NCBI RefSeq assembly: GCF_032444005.1
Contig: NC_091286.1
Location: forward strand, 708,474,001 to 708,538,000
Length of the DNA stretch: 64,000 nucleotides
DNA from: Ranitomeya imitator
Taxonomy: Eukaryota
Reading direction: 5' to 3'
Position 1 is the stretch's first letter. Every line of letters starts with the position of its first letter. The position numbers were made by a program, and so were the translations under genes. This document shows, in pieces, positions 36,692-49,672 of this stretch. The notes beneath the pieces are model-generated. The model worked only from the letters and a program-made list of their open reading frames with translations, did not search any database and was not told the DNA's origin.

Positions 36692-39600
36692 TGTTACGTG
36701 TTACGGAACCACTCAGCACCCAGAATATGTTGTGCAGTTATATGTACAGTCATGGCCAAAAATTTTGAGAATGAGACAAATATTAATTTTTCCAAAGTCT
36801 ACTGCTTCATTTTTCCTAATGGCAATTTGCATATACTCCTGAATGTCAGAGTGATCAGCTTAACAGCAATTACTGTACTTGCAAAGTCAATATTTGCCCA
36901 GAAAATGAACTTTAACCCCCAAAACACGTTTCAACATCATTGCAGTCCTGCCTTAAAAGGAGCAGCTAACATGGTTTTAGTGATTGATCCATTAACACAG
37001 GTGTGGGTGTTGATGAGGACAGGGCTGGTGATCAATCAGTCATGATTAAGTAAGAATGACATCACTGGACACTTTAAAAGGAGGCTGGTGCTTGGTATCA
37101 TTGTTTCTCTTCAGTTAACCATGGTTATCTCTAAAGAAACACGTGCAGCCATCATTGCACTGCACAAAAATGGCCTAACAGGGAAGAGTATCTCAGCTAC
37201 GAAGACTGCACCTCAGTCAACAATCTATCGCATCATCAAGAACTTCAAGGAGAGAGCTTCCATTGTTGTCAAAAAGGCTCCAGGGCGCCCAAGAAAGACC
37301 AGCAAGCGCCAGGACCGTATCTTAAAACTGTTTCAGCTGTGGGATCGGACTACCAGCAGTGCCGAGCTTGCTCAGGAATGGCAGCGGGCTGGTGGGAGTG
37401 CTTCTGCACGCACTGTGAGGCGGAGACTCTTTGAGCAAGGCCTGGTTTCAAGGAGGGCAGCAAAGAAGCCACTTCTCTCCAGAAAAAACATCAGGGACCG
37501 ACTGATATTCTGCAAAAGGTACAGGGAGTGGACTGCTGAGGACTGGGGCAAAGTCATTTTCTCTGATGAATCCCCTTTTTGATTGTTTGGGACATCTGGA
37601 AAACAGCTTATTCGGAGAAGAAGAGGTGAGCGCTACCACCAGTCTTGTCTCATGCCAACTGTAAAGCATCCTGAAACTATTCATGTGTGGGGTTGCTTCT
37701 CAGGAAAGGGAATCGGCCTAAATACACAGCCATGAATAAAGAATGGTACCAGAATGTCCTCCAAGAGCAACTTCTCCCAACCGTCCAAGAGCAGTTTGGC
37801 GCCCAACAATGCCTTTTCCAGCATGATGGAGCACCTTGCCATAAAGCAAAGATGATAACTAAATGGCTCATGGAACAAAACATAGAGATTTTGGGTCCAT
37901 GGCCTGGAAACTCCCCAGATCTTAATCCCATTGAGAACTTGTGGTCAATCATCAAGAGACGGGTGGACAAACAAAAACCAACAAATTCTGGCAAAATGCA
38001 AGCATTGATTATGCAAAAATGGACTGCTATCAGTCAGGATTTGGTCCAGAAGTTGATTGAGAGCATGCCAGGGAGAATTGCAGAGGTCTTGAAGAAGAAG
38101 GGTCAACACTGCAAATATTGACTTGCTGCATTAACTCATTCTAACTGTCAATATAACCTATTGGTACTCATAATATGATTGCAATTATATTTCTGTATGT
38201 GATATAAACATCAGACAAACACTAATAAAAACCAGAGGGCAGCAGATCATGTGAAAATATAATTTTGGTGTCATTTTCAAAACTTTTGGCCATGACTGTA
38301 TGTATAATAGGTTCCATGTGAGATGCATGTCCCTAATGCATCAGCCCACAGGCTGCGCCCCTGGGCAGAGGGGACACGATATTCCCCTTTTGTCTGCCCC
38401 CACCTTTGTAATTCCCACAGTAAATATCGGCAGGCTCCAGCCGCCTGCGGCTATTGTAATGTATGTCTGGCCTGACGCTTTTCTATTGGCCTGCCGTGGA
38501 GAAGCAGTGATCTGTTATATGCGCCCATGTAACCAAGCAATTCCAGCCAGCGTCCTTCATTCAGACTCCAGCCAAAGCAAAGCGGACCTCCGGAAACACG
38601 GGGTGGTAACTGAAAGAGGTACCCCAGCTTGGTAGACCCCGTTACACTGGTGGCAGACAGCGGGATATGATACCCCTTCTACAGGAGGAAAGGAATGAAT
38701 GCAAAACAACTACCAGAAGTTAAAGAGGACTACATTAAAAGATCTGGTGGAAGCCCGAGGGTTAATCGCCAGCAACAAAACAAAAGTGGATTTGATAGCA
38801 GCCATCATGGAACACGACAGTGCAACGCCCCCCAATATGAACGTGGAGGAGACTGAATTCCAGAGGGAGGTAAAGAACAGACTGGCGTTCTATGGCCCAA
38901 ACCCTGCAGTAGAGATCATACGAGAGGTGATGGCTGATGTGCGTACTGATCTGAAGGAAGAGATGGCCGAGCGGACCAGGATAGAGCTAGCCAAGATCGA
39001 GATGGCAGAGCGGACCAAAGTGGAGCTGGCCAAGATGGAGATGGCAGAGCGGAGAGGAGAGTCAGAGAGCAGGGGGAGCTCTGGCCTTCGACCAGGTACC
39101 TTCAACAGTAAGCCACAAAAAGATCCAGTATAATGCCTTCCGACAGTTGGGGGAGGCAGAGGAAGACATTGATGGCTTTCTGCAGGACTTTGAGCGGCAG
39201 TGTGCCCTTCATCAAGTGAAGCCGGAGGAACGGGTTCAGATTCTGGCCAGCAAGCTGACCGGCCGGGCAGCGGACGCCTGTCGCACGGTACCTGATGAGG
39301 ACTGTATGGACTATGAGCGGATCAAAGAAGTTATCTTGGCCCGGTATGCGCTGACACCAGAGGCATACCGCCAAAAGTTCCGCGGACTTATAAAACGAGT
39401 AACCGATACCCATGCTGAATGGGCCTGTAAATTACAGCAGTCACTGCTACAGTGGGTACAAGGGAGCCAAGCAACCACTAAGGAGGACGTCCTCCAGCTC
39501 TTCTTGTTAGAACAATTCTTTAATGGACTAAACCCCGAGACACAGGAATGGCTTCAGGACAGGCGGCCAACGACTCTTGAGGAAGCCGCTCGTCTGCCGA

Positions 39601-42600
39601 TGAACATCATGATGCCAGGAGGCCTCAGTTGTCCGGATCAAAGATGGTCACTAGGGGTCCGCCCATGGACCTGGAGGGCCCCAAACCACCGAAGATTGTA
39701 GGGGGACCAGCTAGAAACTCGGCCTACCACAGTCCCCCTGGGGCACGATGCTACACCTGCCATCAGCTGGGCCACCTGCAAAGACAATGTCCCAACCGTA
39801 CTCAGCATACCCAGTGGCCAAAGGCGGGAACAGCTACCTTCCGCCGGGCCACTGTACACTGCTACCAAGGCGAAGCTGACCCGGCATTGGGGGCTACAAC
39901 TAACCAAGGGATGGAAGAGATGAAGGAAATGCTGCATGAAGTAGACCCCGTGCAGGCAGCCCGGGCAGATAATCGACAACAGCATCGACAGGTCGTGTGG
40001 GTTAATGGGAAACGCATGCAGGGACTAAGAGATTCCGGGGCAACTTTGACCCTTGTGAAGCCTCATCTCGTCAGGGACCAAGAGAAGATGGACCGGACAG
40101 TGGCAGTCCGTGTAGCAGGGGGAGCCATACATCATCTGCCGACTGCCAGGATTCACCTGAACTGGGGAGTCGGGGATGGCCTTGTTGAGGTCGGCTTGAT
40201 GGAGGATTTGCCTGCAGACGTTTTGCTGGGAAATGACTTGGGGCCCATGTTGTCTGCCTTCTTGGTTGCCCCTCTGGCTGAGACATATCCTGTGACCACC
40301 CGGAGATAAGCTCGAGCTGCGGAGGTGGAATCACACTCACAGGAGGCCCAGGTAAAACATCCCAGCCCTACACGTATTCCCATAGCCAGACACATTTCTT
40401 GGGCCACCCCAGATGAATTTAAGAGGGCGTTACTTGAGGATCCTTCATTGGAGGGATATCGTGGGAAGGCACAGGAGGGGAGAGGGGTACTGGAAGGGGA
40501 ACAGTTTATATGGAAGCAGGGACTCCTCTACCGGATCACAGAGCAGCACCACACAGGGACGAGCCCCACTATAAAACGACAGCTGGTAGTTCCCAAGAAG
40601 TATAGGCAGGAGTTACTGCGAGTCTCTCATGTCATACCCTTGGCCAGGCACTTCGGCGTCAGTCGCACCAGGCATCTTCTGACACAAAACTTCTTTTGGC
40701 TGGGGGTAACCTGTGATGTTCGTCAATACTGCCAGACCTGTGACAGTTGCCAGCGCATTGGCAAGAGGGGAGATCGATGCAAGGCCAAATTACGCCCCCT
40801 CCCCATTGTGGAGGAACCATTTAGCTGAGTAGCGGTCGATCTGATAGGGCCGTTAGCCAAACCCAGTCCGTCAGGGAAAAGGTATATACTGACAGTGGTA
40901 GATTATGCCACACGATATGCAGAGGCAGTGGCGTTACCCAACATACTGGCAGAGACAGTGGCGGCTGCCCTGCTCCAGGTTTTCTCACGGGTTGGATTTC
41001 CCCGGGAGATTATCTCGGACCAGGGTACCCAGTTTACAGCAGAGGTGACCAACCAACTGTGGAAGCTGTGCAGCGTAAAGTCCATTAGAAGCGCCCCGTA
41101 CCACCCGCAAACCAATGGGTTGTGTGAACGCTTTAACGGGACGTTAAAACAACTCATTGGGACTTTTACCAGGACCTACAGGGACTGGGAGAAATTCTTG
41201 CCACACCTCCTGTTTGCCTATCGGGAGGTGCCCCAAGAATCCACGGGGTTCTCCCCATTCGAACTGGTATACGGGAGACGGGTAAGGGGACCCCTAGACT
41301 TAGTGCTAGAACACTGGGAAGGGCATCATAGAAGGGGTACCTATTGTACCCTATGTGCTGGAATTCCGGTATCGCCTACAGGAGCTGACCCAGGCTGTAC
41401 GTGGGAACATGCAAGAGGCCCAGCGGCGCCATCGCGTATGGTACGATCAGAGGGCCAGAGAGCGCACCTTGGAAATAGGGCAGAAGGTCCTGGTGTTAGA
41501 GCCCACTAGGCAGAACAAGTTCCAAGCTGCATGGCAGGGGCTCTACCAGGTAGTGGGGAAAATAGCCGACACCACCTATAATGTCGCCGATTGTGACGAC
41601 CCCAGGGTTATCTGCATGTTCCACGTGAATATGCTGAAGCCCTACCGGGAGCGCCCTGAAGAAGTAGTGGCCATCTGTGCACCTGAAGCAGAGGATTTAG
41701 CGACCTTCCAGAGGCTGGCTGACCGGCTTCTGGATGGTCTTCAGGACTATGCGTGTGCCTACCTGGATGACCGCCATCTACAGCGCGACATGGGAAGAGC
41801 ATCTAAATCACCTAGAGACAGTATTAGACAGGATCCAAAAGGCCGGAATCACCCTGAACCCAAACAAGTGTCACGTGGGCAAAGCAGAGGTTCAGTATTT
41901 AGGGCATTGGGTGGGAAGTGGGAAACAGAGACCAGAACCAGCCAAGATTGAGGCCATAGCCAAATTGCCCAATCACGCACTAAAACCCAGGTCATGGCGT
42001 TTCTAGGGACAGCGGGTATTACAGGAAATTCGTTCCCAATTACAGCAGCGTAGCCAAGCCCCTCACTGATCTGACCCGTAAGAACCAACCCCGCCAGGTA
42101 ACCTGGACCCCAGAGTGTGAGGAAGCCTTCCGCCAGCTAAAGGACGCCCTCACCAATACACCTGTATTGGCCACACCCGATCCAACTAAACGTTTCCTTG
42201 TCCACACAGACGCTTCTATGTTTGGATTGGGGGCAGTACTGAGCCAAGTCGGGCCGGACGGCCAAGAACACCCGTTAGCTTACCTGAGTCGGAAACTACT
42301 GCCCCCTGAAGTAAACTATGCGGCCATCGAGAAGGAGTGCCTGGCAATAGTATGGGCACTCAAAAAGTTGCAACCATATTTGTATGGACAACAGTTTTCC
42401 CTCCTAACGGACCATAATCCCCTAGTCTGGCTTAATCGGGTCTCCGGAGACAACGCCAGATTACTGCGGTGGAGTTTAGCCCTACAACCTCTGGACTTCA
42501 CCATCCACTACAGACCCAGCAAACAAAACGGAAACGCCGATGGACTAAGTCGACAAACGGAACTTGTACCAACCCCATAAACTTCAGTTATCCTCAAACC

Positions 42601-43118
42601 GATCGTTAAGGATCAGACTGTGTATGCCGATCGCGTAGCTGAAAAGGGGAGCCGTGTTATGTGTTACGTAACCACTCAGCACCCAGAATATGTTGTGCAG
42701 TTATATGTATGTATAATAGGTTCCATGTGAGGTGCATGTCCCTAATGCATCAGCCCACAGGCTGCGCCCCTGGGCAGAGGGGACACGATATTCCCCTTTT
42801 GTTCTCCCCCCACCTTTGTAATTCCCACAGTAAATATCGGCAGGCTCCGGCCACCTGCGGCTATTGTAATGTATGTCTGGCCTGCCGCTTTTCTATTGGC
42901 CTGCCCTCTGTATCTGTGTGATATATTCTGTGTCCTGTGAGTAAAGTGTTGTCAGACTGGAAATACGTGGAGAAGCAGTGATCTTTTATATGCGCCCATG
43001 TAACCAAGTAATTCCAGCCAGCATCCTTCATTCAGACTCCAGCCAAAGCAGAGTGGACCTCCTGAAACACGGGGTGGTACTGAAAGAGGTTACCCCAAGC
43101 TTGGTAGACCCCGTTACA
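36692..43118 (+). mobile_element. Gmr1-like Gypsy LTR retrotransposon (gag-PR-IN-RT-RH), decayed; 5' LTR 36692-38646 (Tc1-interrupted), 3' LTR 42655-43118
   Basis: TGT...ACA LTRs, PBS TGGTGGCAG at 38648 (tRNA-Leu type), PPT gaaaagggga, SCAN-like capsid, CCHC knuckle CYTCHQLGHLQRQC, protease DSGA, integrase SDQGTQF/YHPQTNGLCERFN upstream of RT YLDD and RNase H TDAS. Confidence 0.95.
36747..38298 (+). mobile_element. Tc1 element inserted in the 5' LTR; transposase disrupted
   Basis: TIRs cagtcatggccaaaa, TA TSDs at 36745-46 and 38299-300, FSDES followed by a stop, [20 protein letters not shown]. Confidence 0.95.
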
Positions 43119-44850
43119 GTCACCACTCCACATTTTAAGCCAGAGGGGCCTGCGGGCGGAATTAGACTGGACTAAGGATCTTGCCGCGATCCTGATTGAC
43201 TCCATAGATGCGTCCGCTAAAAAAGCTGAGGCCTTTTGGAGCACGGGAAGGCAGTCCAGTAGTTCCCCTCTGGAGGTACCCTGAGAAATGTGTTTCTCTA
43301 GTTCGTCTGTCCAACGAGACAGGGCTCTGGCAACACAGGTGGCAGCAATGTTAGATTTTAACCCCGAGGTAGATGTTTCCCAAGACTTTTTTAACAGGCT
43401 TTCCATCTTTCTGTCGAGCGGATCTCTCAATTGTGAAGAGTCCTCAAAGGGTAGAGAGGTTTTCTTTGCCACCCTCGCCACCTGGATGTCCACTTTAGGT
43501 ATGTCCCAAGAAGGGGAACCTTCCTCTAAGGGAAACCTGTGTTTCATTTTAGAGGGCGTGGATAAGCGTTTCTCGGGGAGCTCCCACTCCTGAGAAATTA
43601 AATCCAAGACATTTTTATGTACCGGAAACCTAATTTGTCCCTCTGTCCTCAATCCACCAAACATTTCGTCCTGTATGGATTGCGGGACAGATTCCTCATG
43701 TAACCCCATCGTGTTACGTACAGCCATAACCAAATCTTCAGTATATTCGGAGGAGAAAAAAATACTTTCTTGCCTCCGAAAATTTAGGGGACGAAGATTC
43801 ACCCCATTTTTCAGAGGAGGATGAAAAAGAGTGATCGGACTCAGAGGCCGAATCCTCAAATTGTATTTTCCTTTTTTTAGAAGGAGAAGGACCCTGCGTC
43901 TGTGGAGGAGGATTGAAGGCAGCTAGAGAAGTCTGGACTTCATGCTTGACCAGGGCCCGGATTTCATCAAGGAGGGAAGGTTGGTCGGCTCTGACGACTT
44001 TATCTGTGCACCCCTGACACCGCTTCTTCTCCCATAGAGAGGGAAGCTTTGCATTGCAGATTGCACATTTAGGCAATTTTTTGGCCAGGATTCTCTGGGC
44101 AGACTTGTCTCCCAGCAAAGAGAGGGAGAGTAGTGTAAGGATCAGAAGGGTCCCACTAATCCTAGTCTCGGACCCACCCCGCAACGGACTTACTGGAGCA
44201 GGGGTAGCGCTGGGCTCTGCAGATGCAGGGCAGGAAGCACCCTCTATTATGACAGGATCAGTCTTACCTGGAGGTGTCTTCAGACTGGTTTATATACAAA
44301 TAAATCCAGCCCCCAGCGCAGGTGAAACACGTTCTCCTCCTCCTCCCCGTGTCCTAGAGCAGGCCTCCATGAGGAAAGGTGTGCTCTGTGCGGCGTCGGT
44401 AGTCCTGGGGGCGCTAGGAGGCCAAACCAGGAAGTCTATGCGCTCCAGCAGAGAGCGCAGGACCGGAAGTGACGCTATGCGCAACCATGATGTCACTTCT
44501 GGAACGCCGAACAGGAGAGGAAGATGAAGCGGTGAGCTCAGGTAGGCCACCGCCGGGGATCACTGGCCCACTTTACCTCCGCAGAGGCGCAGGTGGGCCA
44601 GGAAGGTCCTGAGTCCAGGGGAGACGGGAGCAGCACACAGAGTAAGGCAGAACCCCGACCGCAACTGCCCAGCAGAGAAAGCTTACAGGTACTCCGCAGT
44701 TGCCGGCCACGCAGCATACCAGGACCTCTGCATGCCCCATGGGGGACAGGAAAGACACTGGCGATTTGGAAGGAGGAGGGGCTTTTAACCTCTCGTGCTT
44801 CCTGTCCCCCATTAGGGAATGGAGACATCCTCCTATGCTGTCGTGGAAGG
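43119..44850 (-). mobile_element. DIRS-type retrotransposon 5' part (gag with LAP2alpha-like domain), truncated
   Basis: CxxC...CxxC zinc motif followed by FPVHK...EWELPEKR...PKVDIQVARVAKKTSLPFEDSSQLRDPLDRKME...ASAFLADAS...ARRPLWL; frameshift near 43760. Confidence 0.85.
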
Positions 44851-45369
44851 TGACTAGACAAAACTAGTACATGCCCTTATCTCCCGCCTTGACTATTCCA
44901 ACTGTTATAGCAGGATCCATTTTATCTTGCTTGCCTCCATTTTGTGTAAGTGTTACTAAAGGTCAGAAAAACAAGTTGTTATTCACTATTCTTCATTGTG
45001 CTGTTATTGCTGATTGCTAAGAACTAATTGTAGCAGGGAATGTCCTTGGTAAAATAACGAATAATGTACTGTGCAAAAATATGTTTTCGAAACCATAGGG
45101 AGAAGGGAGTAATACACTCCGACGCTTAGCCCATATATGGAAAATCCGCCTCCGACAAGAATGCATAAAAAGTGTGTGTAAGCTTAATAAAACTAGAGAT
45201 ATTTCAGATACAGCCCTGGTGCATTGTGTCTTATCTCTCCGCTGCCATGACGTCATCTCTACGGTGGACTCAGAGAGTAGGTCGAGACCTGTGACAACAC
45301 AACCTCCTACTCTCTGGCCTCCCCTCTAGCACCACTCCAATCCATCCTACACTCTGCTGCCCGACTAAT

Positions 45370-47849
45370 TATTATTATTTATTATAGCGCCATTTTTTCC
45401 ATGGCGCTTTACATGTGAGGAGGGGTATACATAATAAAACAAGTACAATAATCTTGAACAATACAAGTCATAACTGGTACAGGAGGAGAGAGGACCCTGC
45501 CCGCGAGGGCTCACAATCTACAAGGGATGGGTGAGGATACAGGAGGAGAGAGGACCCTGCCCGCGAGGGATCACAATCTACAAGGGATGGGTGAGGATAC
45601 AGGAGGAGAGAGGACCCTGCCCGCGAGGGCTCACAATCTACAAGGGATGGGTGAGGATGCAGGAGGAGAGAGGACCCTGCCCGCAAGGGCTCACAATCTA
45701 CAAGGGATGGGTGAGGATACAGGAGGAGAGAGGACCCTGCCTGCGAAGGCTCACAATCTACAAGGGATGGGTGAGGATACAGGAGGAGAGAGGACCCTGC
45801 CCGCGAGGGATCACAATCTACAAGGGATGGGTGAGGATACAGGAGGAGAGAGGACCCTGCCCGCGAGGGCTCACAATCTACAAGGGATGGGTGAGGATGC
45901 AGGAGGAGAGAGGACCCTGCCCGCGAGGGCTCACAATCTACAAGGGATGGGTGAGGATACAGGAGGAGAGAGGACCCTGCCCGCGAGGGATCACAATCTA
46001 CAAGGGATGGGTGAGGATACAGGAGGAGAGAGGACCCTGCCCGCGAGGGCTCACAATCTACAAGGGATGGGTGAGGATGCAGGAGGAGAGAGGACCCTGC
46101 CCGCAAGGGCTCACAATCTACAAGGGATGGATGAGGATACAGGAGGAGAGAGGACCTTGCCCGCAAGGGCTCACAATCTACAAGGGATGGGTGAGGATAC
46201 AGTAGTTGAGGGTAGAGCTGGTCATGCAGCGGTTTGGTCAATCGGTGGTCACTGCAGGTTGTAGGCTTGTCATAAGAGGTGGGTCTTCAGGCTCTTTTTG
46301 AAGGTTTCGATGGTAGGCGAGAGTCTGATGTGTTGTGGTAGAGAGTTCCAGAGTAGGGGGGAAGCACGAGAGAAATCTTGTGCGCGATTGTGGGAAGAGG
46401 AGATAAGAGGGGAGTAGAGAAGGAGATCTTGTGAGGATCGGAGGTTGCGTGTAGGTAAGTACCGGGAGACGAGGTCACAGATGTATGGAGGAGACAGGTT
46501 GTGGATGGCTTTGTACGTCATCGTTAGGGTTTTGTAGTGGAGTCTCTGGGCAATGGGGAGCCAGTGAAGGGATTGACAGAGGGGAGAGGCCGGGGAATAG
46601 CTGGGGGACAGGTGGATTAATCGGGTAGCAGAGTTTAGAATAGATTGGAGGGGTGCGAGAGTGTTAGAGGGGAGGCCACAGAACAGGAGGTTACAGTAGT
46701 CGAGGTGGGAGATGATGAGGGCATGGACTAGGGTTTTTGCAGATTCTTGGTTGAGGAATGTACGGATCCGTGAAATATTTTTGAGTTGAAGGCGGCAGGA
46801 AGTGGAAAGGGCTTGGATATGCGGTTTGAAGGAGAGATCAGTGTCAAGGATTACCCCGAGGCAGCGAGCTTGTGGGACTGGGGAGAGTGGGCAGCTGTTT
46901 ACTGTAATGGATAGGTTCGTTGGGGGGTCATGTGAGATGGGGAAAGATGATGAATTCTGTTTTGTCCATGTTAAGTTTTAGAAATCTAGCGGAGAAGAAG
47001 GATGAAATAGTGGACAGACATTGAGGGATTCTGGTTAGTAGGGAGGTGATATCTGGTCCAGAGATGTAGATCTGTGTGTCGTCAGCATAGAGGTGATACT
47101 GAAAGCCGTGAGATTCTATGAGCTGTCCCAGGCCAAAGGTGTAAATGGAGAAGAGCAGGGGTCCTAGAACTGAACCTTGCGGGACTCCGACAGATAGAGG
47201 GCGAGGTGAGGAGGTGGTGTGTGAGTGGGAGACGCTGAATGTCCGGTCAGTTAGGTATGATGAGATCCAGGATAGGGCCAAGTCTGTGATGCCAAGGGAT
47301 GAGAGGGTCTGTAGTAATAGGGAATGGTCCACTGTGTCAAAGGCAGAGGACAGGTCCAGGAGGAGGAGGACAGAGTAGTGTCGCTTGCTCTTGGCGGTTA
47401 ATAAGTCATTGGTGACCTTAGTTAGGGCAGTTTCAGTGGAATGGTGTGACCGGAAGCCAGATTGAAAGCGGTCGAAGAGGGAGCAGGAAGATAGATGGGA
47501 GGACAGTTCAAGGTAAACGGGTTGTTCCAGTAGTTTGGAGGCATAGGGGAGAAGTGATATAGGGCGATAGCTAGATACAGAGGATGGGTCAAGAGAGGGC
47601 TTTTTGAAGATAGGTGTGATGGAGGCATGTTTAAAGCTTGAGGGAAAAACACCAGTTGTTAGAGATAGGTTGAAGAGATGGGTTAGGGTTGGGATGAAGA
47701 CTGTGGTGAGGTTTGGGATGAAGTGGGATGGGAGCGGGTCAAGTGCACAGGTGGTGAGATGCGATCTTGAGAGTAGAGTCGATCTTCTGTAATGGTGGAG
47801 AAGTTGATTTTGGAGGTGGAGGGCTGGGTGTTTACTAAAACTGTCTCTG
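45370..47849 (-). mobile_element. 5'-truncated L2 LINE
   Basis: RT ORF 46928-47854 ([33 protein letters not shown]); (AAT)n tail at ~45370. Confidence 0.93.
45478..46200. repeat. 60-bp tandem repeat (12 copies) in the L2 3' UTR
   Basis: Exact 60-bp periodicity visible line by line. Confidence 0.97.
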
Positions 47850-48619
47850 TCCACCCGCTATTCCCCGGCCTCCCCCCATCCCAAGCCCTTCACTGGCTTC
47901 CTATCGCCCAGAGACTCCAATACAAAACCCTAACCATGACGTACAAAGCCATCCACAACCTGTCTCCTCCATACATCTGTGACCTCGTCTCCCGGTACTT
48001 ACCTGCACACAACCTCCGATCCTCACAAGATCTCCTTCTCTACTCCCCTCTTATCTCATCTTGCCACAATCGCATCCAAGACTTCTCCCGTGCTTCCCCC
48101 ATACTCAGGAACACTCTACCCCAACACATCAGACTCTCGCCTACCATAGAAACCTTCAAAAAGAACCTGAAGACCCACCTCTTCCGACAAGCCTACAACG
48201 TGCAGTGACCCTCAACCTACTAAACCGCCGCACAACCAGCTCTACCCTCTACTAGTGTATCCTCACCCATCCACTTTAAACTGTGAGCCCTCGCGGGCAG
48301 GGTCCTCCTAGTGTATCCTCACCCATCCCCTGCAGACTGAGCCCTCGCGGGCAGGGTCCTCCCTCCTTCTGTACCTGTTAGTGCCTTGTTTTTTGCTCAT
48401 GCTTAGTTGTATTTGTCTATATTTGCCCCTTTTCACATGTAAAACTCCATGGAATAAATGGCGCTATAAAAATGTATAATAATAATATTATAGTATATAC
48501 CTCACACTGTCCTATAAAAATACTATATACAGGTGTTTCTCAAAAAATTAGAATATCATCAAAAAGTGAATTTATTTCAGTTCTTCAATACAAAAAGATA
48601 ATCTCATATTATATAGAGT

Positions 48620-49622
48620 ATTACCGTACAGGGGTCCCCCACAGCCTCACACACACACACACACACACGGTACCGTACAGGGGTCCCCCACAGCCTAACA
48701 CACAGTACCGTACAGGGGTCCCCCGCAGCCTCACACACACACACGGTACCGTACAGGGGTCCCCCGCAGCCTCACACACACACGGTACCGTACAGGGGTC
48801 CCCCGCAGCCTCACACACACACACGGTACCGTACAGGGGTCCCCCACAGCCTAACACACAGTACCGTACAGGGGTCCCCCGCAGCCTCACACACACACAC
48901 GGTACCGTACAGGGGTCCCCCACAGCCTAACACACAGTACCGTACAGGGGTCCCCCGCAGCCTCACACACACACACGGTACCGTACAGGGGTCCCCCGCA
49001 GCCTCACACACACACACGGTACCGTACAGGGGTCCCCCGCAGCCTCACACACACACACGGTACCGTACAGGGGTCCCCCGCAGCCTCACACACGGTACCG
49101 TACAGTGGTCCCCCGCAGCCTCACATACACACACGGTACCGTACAGTGGTCCCCCGCAGCCTCACACACACACACGGTACCGTACAGGGGTCCCCCACAG
49201 CCTAACACACAGTACCGTACAGGGGTCCCCCGCAGCCACACACACACACGGTACCATACAGGGGTCCCCCGCAGCCTCACACACACAGTACCGTACAGGG
49301 GTCCCCCGCAGCCTCACACACACGGTATCATACAGGTGTCCCCCCCAGCAGCCTCACACACACACACACGGTACCATACAGGTGTCCCCCGCAGCCTTAC
49401 ACACACGGTACCATACAGGGGTCCCCCGCAGCCTCACACACACGGTACCATACAGGTGTCCCCCGCAGCCTTACACACACGGTACCATACAGGGGTTCCC
49501 CACAGCCTCACACACACACACGGTACCATACAGGTGTCCCCCGCAGCCTCACACACACACACTGTACCATACAGGTGTCCCCCGCAGCCTCTCACACGGT
49601 ACCATACAGGTGTCTTCCGCAG

Positions 49623-49672
<50 letters not shown>

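Larger units (their letters stand above)
45290..48490 (+). mobile_element. Older 5'-truncated L2 split by a younger L2 (pieces 45290-45369 and 47850-48490)
   Basis: The two pieces join to give continuous RT C-terminal sequence (...ctgcccgactaat|ccacc...gctattcccc); (AAT) tail at ~48480. Confidence 0.75.

Noticed and set aside
44860-45290. Unique-looking segment between the DIRS and the L2
   Set aside because: No recognisable motif, convincing ORF or repeat signature; left unannotated.
45370-48490. Apparent double-tailed L2 (tails pointing outward at both ends)
   Set aside because: 45290-45369 continues into 47850, so a minus-strand L2 simply inserted into an older plus-strand L2.
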